Assembly: GCA_963740315.1 (NCBI GenBank)
Contig: CAVUDP010000003.1
Location: 192,001-256,000 of the forward strand
DNA: 64,000 bases
Source: an uncultured cyanobacterium
GTDB taxonomy: Bacteria; Cyanobacteriota; Cyanobacteriia; Cyanobacteriales; Nostocaceae
Reading direction: 5' to 3'
A program made the position numbers and the translations under genes. The notes under the pieces are model-generated. The model did no database searches, had not been told where the DNA came from, and saw only the letters and a program-made list of their open reading frames with translations. Shown in pieces: positions 53,696 to 62,707 of the stretch; the stretch's first letter is position 1, and each line of letters begins with the position of its first letter.

Positions 53696-55397
53696 AAAAC
53701 TTAAAAGTAGTCCGCATCAACCCCACCCAAATAGTACCGTTGTCTGCATTGTGTTCGGGATTAGTAATTACTACAACTCCGGGGGTGATAGAAATATTGT
53801 CATTTACCGGATAGTTATAAGATAGTTCAAAATGTAAAGAAGTATCTTTATCTTCGCGTTCCAAAATATCATTATTGGTTACTTTTGGAGGCATACCAAA
53901 AACAAAATTTAATTGACTACCTAATTTACCTAAATCCGGTAAAGCTGCCGTCACAGCCCAACTCCAAATATCAGCGTCGGCACCTTGAGAAGCATTTACA
54001 CTATTAACATTTGGTAAACCTTCTGCATTCGCAATCAAATAGCTACCCCAACCTCCCAAAATTAATTTATTACTTAATTTGTAAGTAAACTGCAAACCAA
54101 AACCGTTGGTAGAAGTTGCCGAATCTCCAAAAGGTAATTGAGCAAATCTACTACCTTTCCCTCCAGTTATATTAATGCTCGATTCCGGTTGCGGTGCATA
54201 ATAACGTCCATAAGTTAAGGCGATCGCTATTTTATCTGATGGGGTATAAGTTAACTGAGATAAGGAACTAAATTGATCGCCGAATAATCCCTCATTAACA
54301 TCGCTACCAGAAGTGGTGAAGTAACTGACACCAGCCGCTAATTCATCGGTAAATTTGTAATAAACGACTCCACCCGTACCAAATGCAAAAGCGTAAATCG
54401 GATTTTCGCTACCAAAAGTAGAAACTGAGGAAACGGGATTTAGTGAAGGGAAAATACGAGTCGGGAAACCTGCGATCGGTGCTATGACAATCGTACCGCG
54501 ATTATTCCCTATAGGAGATTCGTAATAAAGCGAAGCTAAATCAAACTCATTATCGGTGTTTGTTGCACCAATTAAGCTAATCATATCCGTACCAACAGCA
54601 CTTCGATCGAAACTGCTGATGTTACCAGCTTGTATAGTAGCTCGCAATAAATCTTTCCCCGTAAAACTAGTATCAAAATCCAGCACCGCACGAGATGAAA
54701 AGCTGACATTTTTTTTATCAAAACTTTCTCTTTGATTTTCTCCCGGTGCCGCTCCTTTCACATCTCCAAAAGCTTTAATTAGATAAAAATCTACCGTACC
54801 ATTTAAAGTTGTAGTAGTGCTAAATTGGTTTTTTTCAATAGAGGTAACTTGTTCTTCTAATTTATCTACTCTATTATTTACCTCCCGTAATTCATTCACA
54901 AATTCTTTTTGTACTCTATCTAGAACCGTTAAATCTTCCAACTTGAGTAAATTGTTACTCGAATTAGCTATTTTTCCTTCAATCGTGGAAAGACAAGCAT
55001 TAAAAGCTGCTGCAAACTCATAACGAGTCATAGCGCGAGATCCATTAAACTCATTTCCCGAACCGCTGATGCAGCCGTACTTTTCAACTAAACTACGCAA
55101 AGCTTCATAAGCCCAATGCTGGGGACTAACATCTTGTAAGCGATCGACATCCGTAACTTTATCTAAATATATTTGCCCTTGGCTATATTTTTGAGTAAAA
55201 TTATTTGTATTTGTAACGGGATTATCTTGTTTATTTAGAGTAGTAAAAGTTTCTCGTTCGTCAATTAATTCATAATTGTTTTGAAAATCTATTGAATTAT
55301 CAACAGTTTTTTCATCAGCCTTAGCTGGAAATAAAAGTAATAAGTTAGCACATATAATAACTGAAGTAAACGGTAATACATTGATAACTTTTTTCAT
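53694..55397 (-). CDS. Cyanobacterial porin (SLH + OprB-type barrel; 'iron uptake porin' family)
   Basis: DVSPQHWAYEALRSLVEKYGC, TRYEFAA, QFSTTTTLNG, TSFTGKDLL, RTTFKF. Confidence 0.93.
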   Translation of the reverse strand: MKKVINVLPFTSVIICANLLLLFPAKADEKTVDNSIDFQNNYELIDERETFTTLNKQDNPVTNTNNFTQKYSQGQIYLDKVTDVDRLQDVSPQHWAYEALRSLVEKYGCISGSGNEFNGSRAMTRYEFAAAFNACLSTIEGKIANSSNNLLKLEDLTVLDRVQKEFVNELREVNNRVDKLEEQVTSIEKNQFSTTTTLNGTVDFYLIKAFGDVKGAAPGENQRESFDKKNVSFSSRAVLDFDTSFTGKDLLRATIQAGNISSFDRSAVGTDMISLIGATNTDNEFDLASLYYESPIGNNRGTIVIAPIAGFPTRIFPSLNPVSSVSTFGSENPIYAFAFGTGGVVYYKFTDELAAGVSYFTTSGSDVNEGLFGDQFSSLSQLTYTPSDKIAIALTYGRYYAPQPESSINITGGKGSRFAQLPFGDSATSTNGFGLQFTYKLSNKLILGGWGSYLIANAEGLPNVNSVNASQGADADIWSWAVTAALPDLGKLGSQLNFVFGMPPKVTNNDILEREDKDTSLHFELSYNYPVNDNISITPGVVVITNPEHNADNGTIWVGLMRTTFKF

Positions 55398-55658
55398 TAA
55401 TCTGGACTTGCACTTAATTACTTCAAAACAATACTATTTTTATTCAATAAAGAAACATTTGTCTACAAAAATATTAAAACAAAACTATAAATATTCAATT
55501 TTTAGTAATCCAATTAGCATTTATGAAAATTAAAAACCTGCTTTCCCTATGTCCAATCCCCCATGCCCTATTCCCCATCCAAAATTGTATCCTGGTATAA
55601 AAATTAATCATTCAACTATCCGCTATATTTACGGTGTAGTTGACTGGGGACTAAAAAA

Positions 55659-56828
55659 ATGCATTGGCGGCGATTTTTTTCATTTGTAATCCTTGGTTTT
55701 GCGCTGAGTATCTTCTGTGCCTGTACAAACCTAAATCAAGAAGCTACGAAAACACCTCAAAATAAACCAGATTCAATACCCCCACAGACACAAGAAATTG
55801 TTAAAAGTGCGGGTGGGGATGGTTTATTTAATCCCCCTCGTGGAGATGTGCGTTTGGCGGTTATCAGCGATTTGAATGCTGCTTATGGTTCCACCGACTA
55901 CGACCCAGAGGTAGATAAAGGAATTAATTTATTACCATTTTGGCAACCAGATATGGTAGTTTGTAGCGGCGATATGGTAGCCGGTCAGAAAACGTCACTG
56001 ACAGAATCACAAATTAAAGCAATGTGGGCAGCTTTCGACGACCATGTAGCAGCACCTTTACGTCAAGCAAACATACCTTTCGGCTTCACCATCGGCAATC
56101 ATGACGCTTCTGGTGCTAAAGGAAAAGAAGGAAACTTTAAATTTCAACAAGAAAGAGATTTAGCTTCCGAATACTGGAATAATCCCAAACACGATACTGG
56201 AATTGAATTCATCGATCGCAACGAATTCCCATTTTTCTACACCTTTAAACATAAAGATATCTTTTTCATGGCTTGGGATGGTTCAACACATAGAATTCCT
56301 CCCGAAAAACTGGCTTGGGTAGAAAAAGCATTAGCCACTCCCGAAGCCCAACAAGCCAAAATGCGAATTTTATTAAGTCACTTACCTTTATACGCAGTGG
56401 CAGAAGGTCGTAACAAATTCGGTGCAGTGATGGCAAACGCCGACGAATTGCGATCGATGTTAGAAAAATACAACGTTCATACGTACATTAGCGGTCATCA
56501 GCACGCATATTATCCCGGTCATCGCGGTAAATTGCAGCTACTCCACACGGGAATTTTAGGTTCGGGTCCCCGTCCGTTAATTGATAGTAAAGTGCCGTCA
56601 AGCAAAGCAATTACCGTGGTTGATATTAACTTTGATTCCCCAGAATTAACTACATATACCACCTACGACATAAAAACCTTAAAGCTAATAGAATACAAAC
56701 AACTTCCCAGGTTTTTAACAGGTCATAACGGTATAGTATTACGCCGAGATGTAGAATACGAAAACTTAAAAGCAGAAGAAAAAGCCGCTTGTGTCGAGAA
56801 ATTAGGTGAAAAACTCTGCGGAAATTAA
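55659..56828 (+). CDS. Lipoprotein calcineurin-like metallophosphoesterase
   Basis: Lipobox-like FCAC, ISDLN, GDMV, GNHD, GHQH. Confidence 0.9.
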   Translation: MHWRRFFSFVILGFALSIFCACTNLNQEATKTPQNKPDSIPPQTQEIVKSAGGDGLFNPPRGDVRLAVISDLNAAYGSTDYDPEVDKGINLLPFWQPDMVVCSGDMVAGQKTSLTESQIKAMWAAFDDHVAAPLRQANIPFGFTIGNHDASGAKGKEGNFKFQQERDLASEYWNNPKHDTGIEFIDRNEFPFFYTFKHKDIFFMAWDGSTHRIPPEKLAWVEKALATPEAQQAKMRILLSHLPLYAVAEGRNKFGAVMANADELRSMLEKYNVHTYISGHQHAYYPGHRGKLQLLHTGILGSGPRPLIDSKVPSSKAITVVDINFDSPELTTYTTYDIKTLKLIEYKQLPRFLTGHNGIVLRRDVEYENLKAEEKAACVEKLGEKLCGN

Positions 56829-56845
56829 TAAAAAGTTAGAAGTTT

Positions 56846-56916
56846 GTAGGTTGGGTTAAAGGCGCACCAATAATATTTATGTTTGACGAAGAGTAAAAAT
56901 GCGCCGTAACCCAACA
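56846..56916. repeat. GTAG-type REP-like element A
   Basis: GTAGGTTGGGTTA...TAACCCAAC; 3 mismatches to 61098-61168. Confidence 0.85.
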
Positions 56917-57396
56917 TTTGTTATGTGATTTTATATGAGATTACTTTAATCCATCATATTTTTAAGTCTTCGTTTTCTGCTCTTTCAATATCTTATCTAA
57001 AATAATTTTTTATTACGTTTGCGTAAATATTGTTAAGTAAGAACGTATAAATAGTATGCGTTTCTGTTTATTAAGTTACGCAAAAACTAAGTCGTGAGTA
57101 AGGTAGTATAAATAATCATCTAAATTGTACTCGAATTCCGGTGTCCAGAAAGGATTGCGGTTCGCTAAACCTTGTCTAATTTCTACTGCATTACACTTTT
57201 CTGAAGCGATATGAGCAAAAAACTACCTTGATATAGAATTGACAAATATATTATTTTATACATTGTTTGATGAAAAATGCGAGTATTACTTTCGGAGTTA
57301 AATATGATATTTAATTGCATCTATAGATATTTGATTGATAGTTGCCAGTTATCAACAGCATAGTTGTTGATACAAATATATATTTGGCGAAAGCCG

Positions 57397-60060
57397 ATGA
57401 AAAAGTCTAATCGATATATAAAAACTAAAAAAATAGTAACTCAATCAGGTCAATTAATGGTTAGTAATAATCCTTTAGTCGAAGTTTATTGTACTCGTCC
57501 GAGTTGTCAGAATCCGGTAAATACAATTCCGGAAAAAAATCTTTATACCAAACCTATTAAACAAAGATTTTGTGCTAATTGTGGAATGCCTTTGATTTTA
57601 GAAGGGTGTTTTGTGACACTTAGACCATTAGTTGCAGAATCAGAAAGAGGTGGATTTGGTAGAACATTTTTAGCGCGAGATTTGAAGTTTCCAGACTTAC
57701 CTTTGCGGGTTCTCAAGCAGTTGCATCCTAGAGTTTCTCCTTCAGAGTCTCAGTTGGCAGATATAGAAAGATTGTTTCGGAGAGAAGCAAGCGTTTTAGG
57801 AAAACTGACGCATTCACAAATCCCGCGTGCGTGGGCTTTTGCAAAAATTGAAGCACCCCACAATCTTCAAGAATCTACCCTACAACCGCATCAAGCACAG
57901 ACTTTTTTCTACTTGGTGCAAGACTTTATTGCAGGTGAGAATTTAGCCCAAGAATTAAATCAAAAAGGACAATTTTCAGAAGCAGAAGTTGTGGAAATTA
58001 TGCTGCAACTCTTGGATATCCTCAATTATGTTCATGGTGAAGGAGTGATACATAGAGATATTAAACCTTCAAATATTATGCGAGCATCGAAATCTAATAC
58101 CCTTCATTTGATAGATTTTGGTGCAGTCAAACAAGTCGTTGTTACGGGGGTTCCTACAGCCCAATCGGTTGTGATCGGAACTCCAGATTTTGCCCCACCA
58201 GAACAGATGACGGGTAAACCTGTATCAGCTTCATCGGATTTATATTCTGTCGCTGCAACTTGTGTTTGTTTGCTTGCAGGTAAAGAAGCGCAGGAAATTC
58301 GCGAATATCATACCTGGAGTTGGCGTTACGCTAACGTCAACCCGCAATTGGCAGATATTTTAGATAAAATGCTGTCGTTTCAGCCACTAGATAGGTATCA
58401 GTCAGCGCCAGAAGTTACTGCTGTTCTTCTCTTACTCAAACCCCAAGCTCCACCAGTAACCCAGCCGTCGCCATCCCTGTCTTACCCTCCGCCTCAGCCA
58501 ATACCAGCGAATCTGTCTGGCGTACCCAAGTCAGTGAAACCAACAGTTACTTCAAAACCAGATCGAACAAATCCTCTTCAGATAATAAATAAAAAGTTGT
58601 GGTTGATAGCAGGAGGCATTGGTGCATTATTAGTGGGTGCGATCGCCTATGCATTTATTGTAAAACCAGATCCCCCATTGCTTGCTGACAACTTTTTTAG
58701 TAGAGGAGAAGAATCTTTATTAAGAGAAAAAAACTTTACCAGCATATTATGCAAGCAAGCTTTGCAAGAAAAACAAGAAGGAATGATAGCCTTTGAAAAA
58801 CAACAATATCAAAATGCCCAACAAAACTTTCAAACAGCGATAAATTTATTTAGACAAGCAACTAATCAATGTGCAATCGATCCAGAAACGCTGATTTTTC
58901 TTAACAATGCTAAAGCTAATATTAAAGGTAATCCTTTAACAATTGCTGCCGCCATCCCCGGTAAAAATAGAGAGCGTAATACAAACATATCCGAACAAAT
59001 ATTGCGCGGAGTTGCTTCAGTTCAAGAAACATTGAACAATCAAGATGGTATAGAAGGAAGACTATTGCAAGTTGTCATCGCTAGAGATGAAAATAATTCC
59101 GATCCAGATGAACAAGACACAGCCCCAAAAGTAGCCGAACAATTTGCCAAAAATCAGATTCCTGGCGATCGCGCATTCAACGGACAAATATTAGGTGTAA
59201 TTGGTCATTTTACCAGCGATGCAACTAAAGAGGCAGGAGAAATTTATAGAAAAGAAAAGTTGGTGGCGATTTCTCCCACGAGTACTGCTGTTAGAAAGTC
59301 TGAAGCTAGCGGAAAATCACAATATAAATATCCTTTAAGCCCCTATGTTTTCCGTACAGCCCCTAATGATGCGGTTGCCGCTACCGATTTGGTTGACTAT
59401 GCACGCCAAAATATTGGTTCTGGAAATGCAGCAGTTTTTTATAATTCTAAAAAATCTTACAGCACTTCTTTAAAAGAATCATTCGAGCAAAAATATGCTT
59501 CTATAGGAAATGTAATAGAGTGCGATTTAGCTGATTCCGGAATTGATAATTGTCAGATAGGTGAAAATGTCAAATTATTAATGCTATCTATCGGTACGGA
59601 AGAAGCAACAAAGGCTTCATTAATTATTTCTAAGTTTAAAAATCAACCTTTGCTGGGTGGAGATTCTCTTTATAATGCCGATAATGTATCATCTACATTT
59701 GGCAATCAAGCTGAAAATCTAGTTCTTTCCGTACCAATTCATATTGAACGTACCGAAAAATCTTTTAGAAACCAATCGGTAAAACTTTGGGGAACTCAAT
59801 ATGTAGGTTGGCGGGCTGCCACAGCTTATGATGCGACTCAGGCAATTGTCACAGCATTAAAAAAACTAGAAAATAATCCCACTCGTCAAGGTTTGTACGA
59901 ACAATTAAATAGCCCTTATTTTTCCGCGTTCGGTGCTACGGGAGAGGTACAATTTAATAGATTCCACGATCGCCAAGTCGATTCCGCAGACGATAATCAA
60001 TTAGGCGTATTAGTAAAAGTGCAGCAGAAATGTAAACCCCAAGATGCTCCAAAATATTAA
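57397..60060 (+). CDS. Ser/Thr protein kinase with 4-Cys prefix, TM helix and periplasmic LivJ-like binding domain
   Basis: YCTRPSC...FCANCG, GGFGRTF, HRDIKPSN, DFG, GTPDFAPPE, GHFTS, FRTAPND; start uncertain (57397 or 57457). Confidence 0.92.
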   Translation: MKKSNRYIKTKKIVTQSGQLMVSNNPLVEVYCTRPSCQNPVNTIPEKNLYTKPIKQRFCANCGMPLILEGCFVTLRPLVAESERGGFGRTFLARDLKFPDLPLRVLKQLHPRVSPSESQLADIERLFRREASVLGKLTHSQIPRAWAFAKIEAPHNLQESTLQPHQAQTFFYLVQDFIAGENLAQELNQKGQFSEAEVVEIMLQLLDILNYVHGEGVIHRDIKPSNIMRASKSNTLHLIDFGAVKQVVVTGVPTAQSVVIGTPDFAPPEQMTGKPVSASSDLYSVAATCVCLLAGKEAQEIREYHTWSWRYANVNPQLADILDKMLSFQPLDRYQSAPEVTAVLLLLKPQAPPVTQPSPSLSYPPPQPIPANLSGVPKSVKPTVTSKPDRTNPLQIINKKLWLIAGGIGALLVGAIAYAFIVKPDPPLLADNFFSRGEESLLREKNFTSILCKQALQEKQEGMIAFEKQQYQNAQQNFQTAINLFRQATNQCAIDPETLIFLNNAKANIKGNPLTIAAAIPGKNRERNTNISEQILRGVASVQETLNNQDGIEGRLLQVVIARDENNSDPDEQDTAPKVAEQFAKNQIPGDRAFNGQILGVIGHFTSDATKEAGEIYRKEKLVAISPTSTAVRKSEASGKSQYKYPLSPYVFRTAPNDAVAATDLVDYARQNIGSGNAAVFYNSKKSYSTSLKESFEQKYASIGNVIECDLADSGIDNCQIGENVKLLMLSIGTEEATKASLIISKFKNQPLLGGDSLYNADNVSSTFGNQAENLVLSVPIHIERTEKSFRNQSVKLWGTQYVGWRAATAYDATQAIVTALKKLENNPTRQGLYEQLNSPYFSAFGATGEVQFNRFHDRQVDSADDNQLGVLVKVQQKCKPQDAPKY

Positions 60061-60126
60061 TTTTGTCTGATAGCGGAATAAATTATCTAAATTATTTTGG
60101 GTTGCACTCCATTTCATAAAACCTAC

Positions 60127-60258
60127 TAAGTAGGTTGGCGTTGAAAATTGTAACTAAGAGAAGGGAGTAGGGAGTAGGCAATAGGGAGTAGGAGTAAGGC
60201 TTTTAATCCAATTTACCCAACCGTTACATAGTTCGGTTTATTTGTACCAACTTGCTTA
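60127..60258. mobile_element. TA-bounded MITE-like element containing (AGGGAGT)n
   Basis: Imperfect TIR TAAGTAGGTTGG / CCAACTTGCTTA (10 of 12). Confidence 0.6.
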
Positions 60259-60289
60259 ACTAGGAATCAGAAATGAATAGGAAATTCAG

Positions 60290-60500
60290 GTAGGTTGGGT
60301 TAAAGGTGCATGAATAATTTTATAGTTTATCAAAACTACAGACGCACCATAACCCATCATTAACGTTTTAGTCTTATATAAATTTGTTCAACATACATTT
60401 ACAATTTAGAAGCGTATTGTTTAGTTGGGTGTTGAATATTGATTTGAATTATTTAGTTTAATTTAGATTGTGTTGGGTTTGCTTTCTCAACATAACCTAC
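60290..60500. repeat. GTAG REP-like element C with a probable inverted partner ending AACCTAC
   Basis: GTAGGTTGGGTTAAAGGTGC...GCACCATAACCCA at 60290-60359; TGTTGGGTT...AACCTAC ending at 60500. Confidence 0.65.
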
Positions 60501-60532
60501 AAACCGATCGTCGTTCTAATAAAAGTTCTATT

Positions 60533-60877
60533 TCAGCAATAACAGCCTACATCTTCACCACATTCATCGGCTAAATAGCAAAGCGCTCGGAAGCGTAACC
60601 CTGTCACTTCTTCATAGAGTGGATTAAGTTTGCATAAGGGCGGAATATGTATAAGCTTACGACCAAATAAACAAATATCTCGCTCAAAAGGGCACTGTAC
60701 GGGAATCATCCGGCAAAGAAAATGGGCGATCGCAACGTTGTTAATCTCAAGTTTATTCAGCCATTTACGTATAGGATTTAATCCACCGAACAAAGGCATT
60801 TGAGGATTAATTGAATCAATTGAATCAAAAGTTGCTATATGAGTACGTCCGATTAAGTTCAACATGACTGCATCCAA
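60533..60877 (-). CDS. 'Mo-dependent nitrogenase C-terminal domain' family small protein
   Basis: LCRMIPVQCPFERD, IPPLCKLNPLYE, LRFRALCYLADECGED. Confidence 0.9.
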   Translation of the reverse strand: MDAVMLNLIGRTHIATFDSIDSINPQMPLFGGLNPIRKWLNKLEINNVAIAHFLCRMIPVQCPFERDICLFGRKLIHIPPLCKLNPLYEEVTGLRFRALCYLADECGEDVGCYC

Positions 60878-61017
60878 ATTTATCTAACTTTTAAGCTATA
60901 TCTGTAGTTTATCCATAAGCTATATGAATGTAAACCTCTTATTAATATAAAAAACATTTATAGTATATAAGTTTAGCTTAACCCTGCTTTTTTACCTATA
61001 AAGGAAATTTATTAAAT

Positions 61018-61062
61018 GGAGGCAGAGCCTATAAATCCTGCTTCCCAGGCTCAGACTGGAAA
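61018..61062. repeat. Degenerate GAGGCAGAGCCT...TTCCCAGGC dispersed repeat
   Basis: Single copy here; resembles a common cyanobacterial palindromic repeat, recognised from memory. Confidence 0.4.
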
Positions 61063-61097
61063 CTACTTCCCCCTCTTCCCCCTCACTCAACTATTTT

Positions 61098-61168
61098 GTA
61101 GGTTGGGTTAAAGACGCACCAATAATATTTATGTTTGACAAAGAATAAAAATGCGCCGTAACCCAACA
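61098..61168. repeat. GTAG-type REP-like element B
   Basis: Near-identical to 56846-56916. Confidence 0.85.
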
Positions 61169-61285
61169 TTTTCACCAAACCAACTAATTAGGAATTAGTT
61201 CTTGTACTACCATCTGGCATAATTGTGTCGCAAAAAATGGCACCTACCAAGTATGGAGCGCCTTCCATATTAAATACGTTTCATC

Positions 61286-61690
61286 ATGGCGATTACCTAT
61301 GTCCTAAGTCCCTCCGGGAGAACCAGCCAGGAAATTAATTCAGTAAAGCAACAGCAACAATTATTACAATTAATTGAGACGATTTTGATCTATAAATTAC
61401 CCAACATGGATATCAAGGAGATACAAGAAATGTTTGGATTAAGCGATTTGAAGAAAACACGAGTATATCAGCAAGCGTTTGAAGAAGGAAAAATGGAAGG
61501 AAAAATGGAAGGAAAAATGGAAGGAAAAATGGAAGGAAAAACAGAAGGAATAGAAGAAGGAGAACGTATAGGAAAGTTACAAGCAGTACCACCAATGCTA
61601 GCTGCTGGTTTAACTGTAGAACAGATAGCACAAGCTTTAGGTTTAAGTGTGGATGAGGTGAGACAAGTAAGCCAAGAACAATCTCTGTAA
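61286..61690 (+). pseudogene. C-terminal part of an Rpn/DUF2887 (PD-(D/E)XK) protein lacking the nuclease domain
   Basis: LLQLIETILIYKLP, EIQEMFGLSDLKKTRVYQQAFEEG, EGxx repeats, GLTVEQIAQALGL. Confidence 0.8.
61484..61543 (+). repeat. 12-bp coding tandem repeat (EGKM)
   Basis: GAAGGAAAAATG x4 plus GAAGGAAAAACA. Confidence 0.9.
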
Positions 61691-61911
61691 CTCCTACATT
61701 TATCAATATCTCCCACTAGAAACCCGCTTTCTTTTCGTGAAAAAACGATTGACCGCATAAGCACGGCGAGCAACACGTGAATATTTCGTTGTGAAATCAT
61801 TAATAAACCGGGTTATTTTGAGCTTGCCCTCGAATGGTGCAATAAATCCATTTCAATAAACCGAAGGTAATTAGTTCCGGAAAATTGCACTACCTAGTGG
61901 ACTCAAAATAA

Positions 61912-62493
61912 TCAACTCAACCACTTTTCAATAAACCAATCAATCACCATGACTAAGTTTTCTTCTTCTGGTTCATAATATCTCTCTGTCGTCGCAACTG
62001 GAAAAAAGTAACCAATAGAATGTAAAAATACTTCTATATCTCGTTCTAAGTTATCTATATTAAATAAATTAGTTTCAATACCTTCTGTCAGAATTTTTGA
62101 AACATTTTTCCGAGTCCAATACTCTTGCTCTTTTAATAAATTTGGTTTTAAGCGAATTACAGCACGAGCTAATTCTGCTGCATGAGAACCGCTATTGCGC
62201 GTTTCTTGAGATTCACGGAAACGATTAAGAATATAAGCCTTAAGCTTTTCGTGTGGAGGCTTAGAGGAATTTAAAATTTTATCTGTATATGCTATATGCT
62301 GTTGTGCAAAAGTTTCAGTACTTGCAATTAAAATATCATCTTTATTCTTGAAGTATAAATACAGCGTCCCCACAGCAATACCTGCATCTTTAGCAATTTC
62401 TTGCATTTTTGTTTTTTGAATTCCGTATTTACGGAGACGCTGTTTCGCTGCATTTAAAATTGCTTTCCTCTTTTCCGGGTCAAGTCTTTGCAT
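61912..62493 (-). CDS. TetR/AcrR family regulator
   Basis: KRKAILNAA, MQEIAKDAGIAVGTLYLYFKNKDDIL. Confidence 0.93.
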   Translation of the reverse strand: MQRLDPEKRKAILNAAKQRLRKYGIQKTKMQEIAKDAGIAVGTLYLYFKNKDDILIASTETFAQQHIAYTDKILNSSKPPHEKLKAYILNRFRESQETRNSGSHAAELARAVIRLKPNLLKEQEYWTRKNVSKILTEGIETNLFNIDNLERDIEVFLHSIGYFFPVATTERYYEPEEENLVMVIDWFIEKWLS

Positions 62494-62527
62494 TGAAATA
62501 AATGATTTGCTCCACAATTAAATTGAT

Positions 62528-62674
62528 GTAGGGTGTGTTAGACGCACAAGTATGTATGGCTGTGAAAAAAAATAAGTTTAATGCGTCGTAATGCACCAAT
62601 TCCGGATGGTGCGTTACGGCAAATTCTAACTTACTCAAACTATCAAATTTTGACGTAGCCGTAACACACCCTAC
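62528..62674. repeat. REP doublet (REPIN-like)
   Basis: GTAGGGTGTGTTA ... TAATGCACC / GGTGCGTTACG ... TAACACACCCTAC. Confidence 0.8.
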
Positions 62675-62707
62675 AATCTTTTCCGGGTCGAGTTTTTGCA
62701 TTTTAGA

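Noticed and set aside
60533..60877. Nitrogenase gene
   Set aside because: The family name is a domain label; there are no nif motifs and no nif cluster
61700..61900. Unexplained spacer between the Rpn fragment and tetR
   Set aside because: I translated the three minus-strand frames and recognised no protein relic or RNA structure
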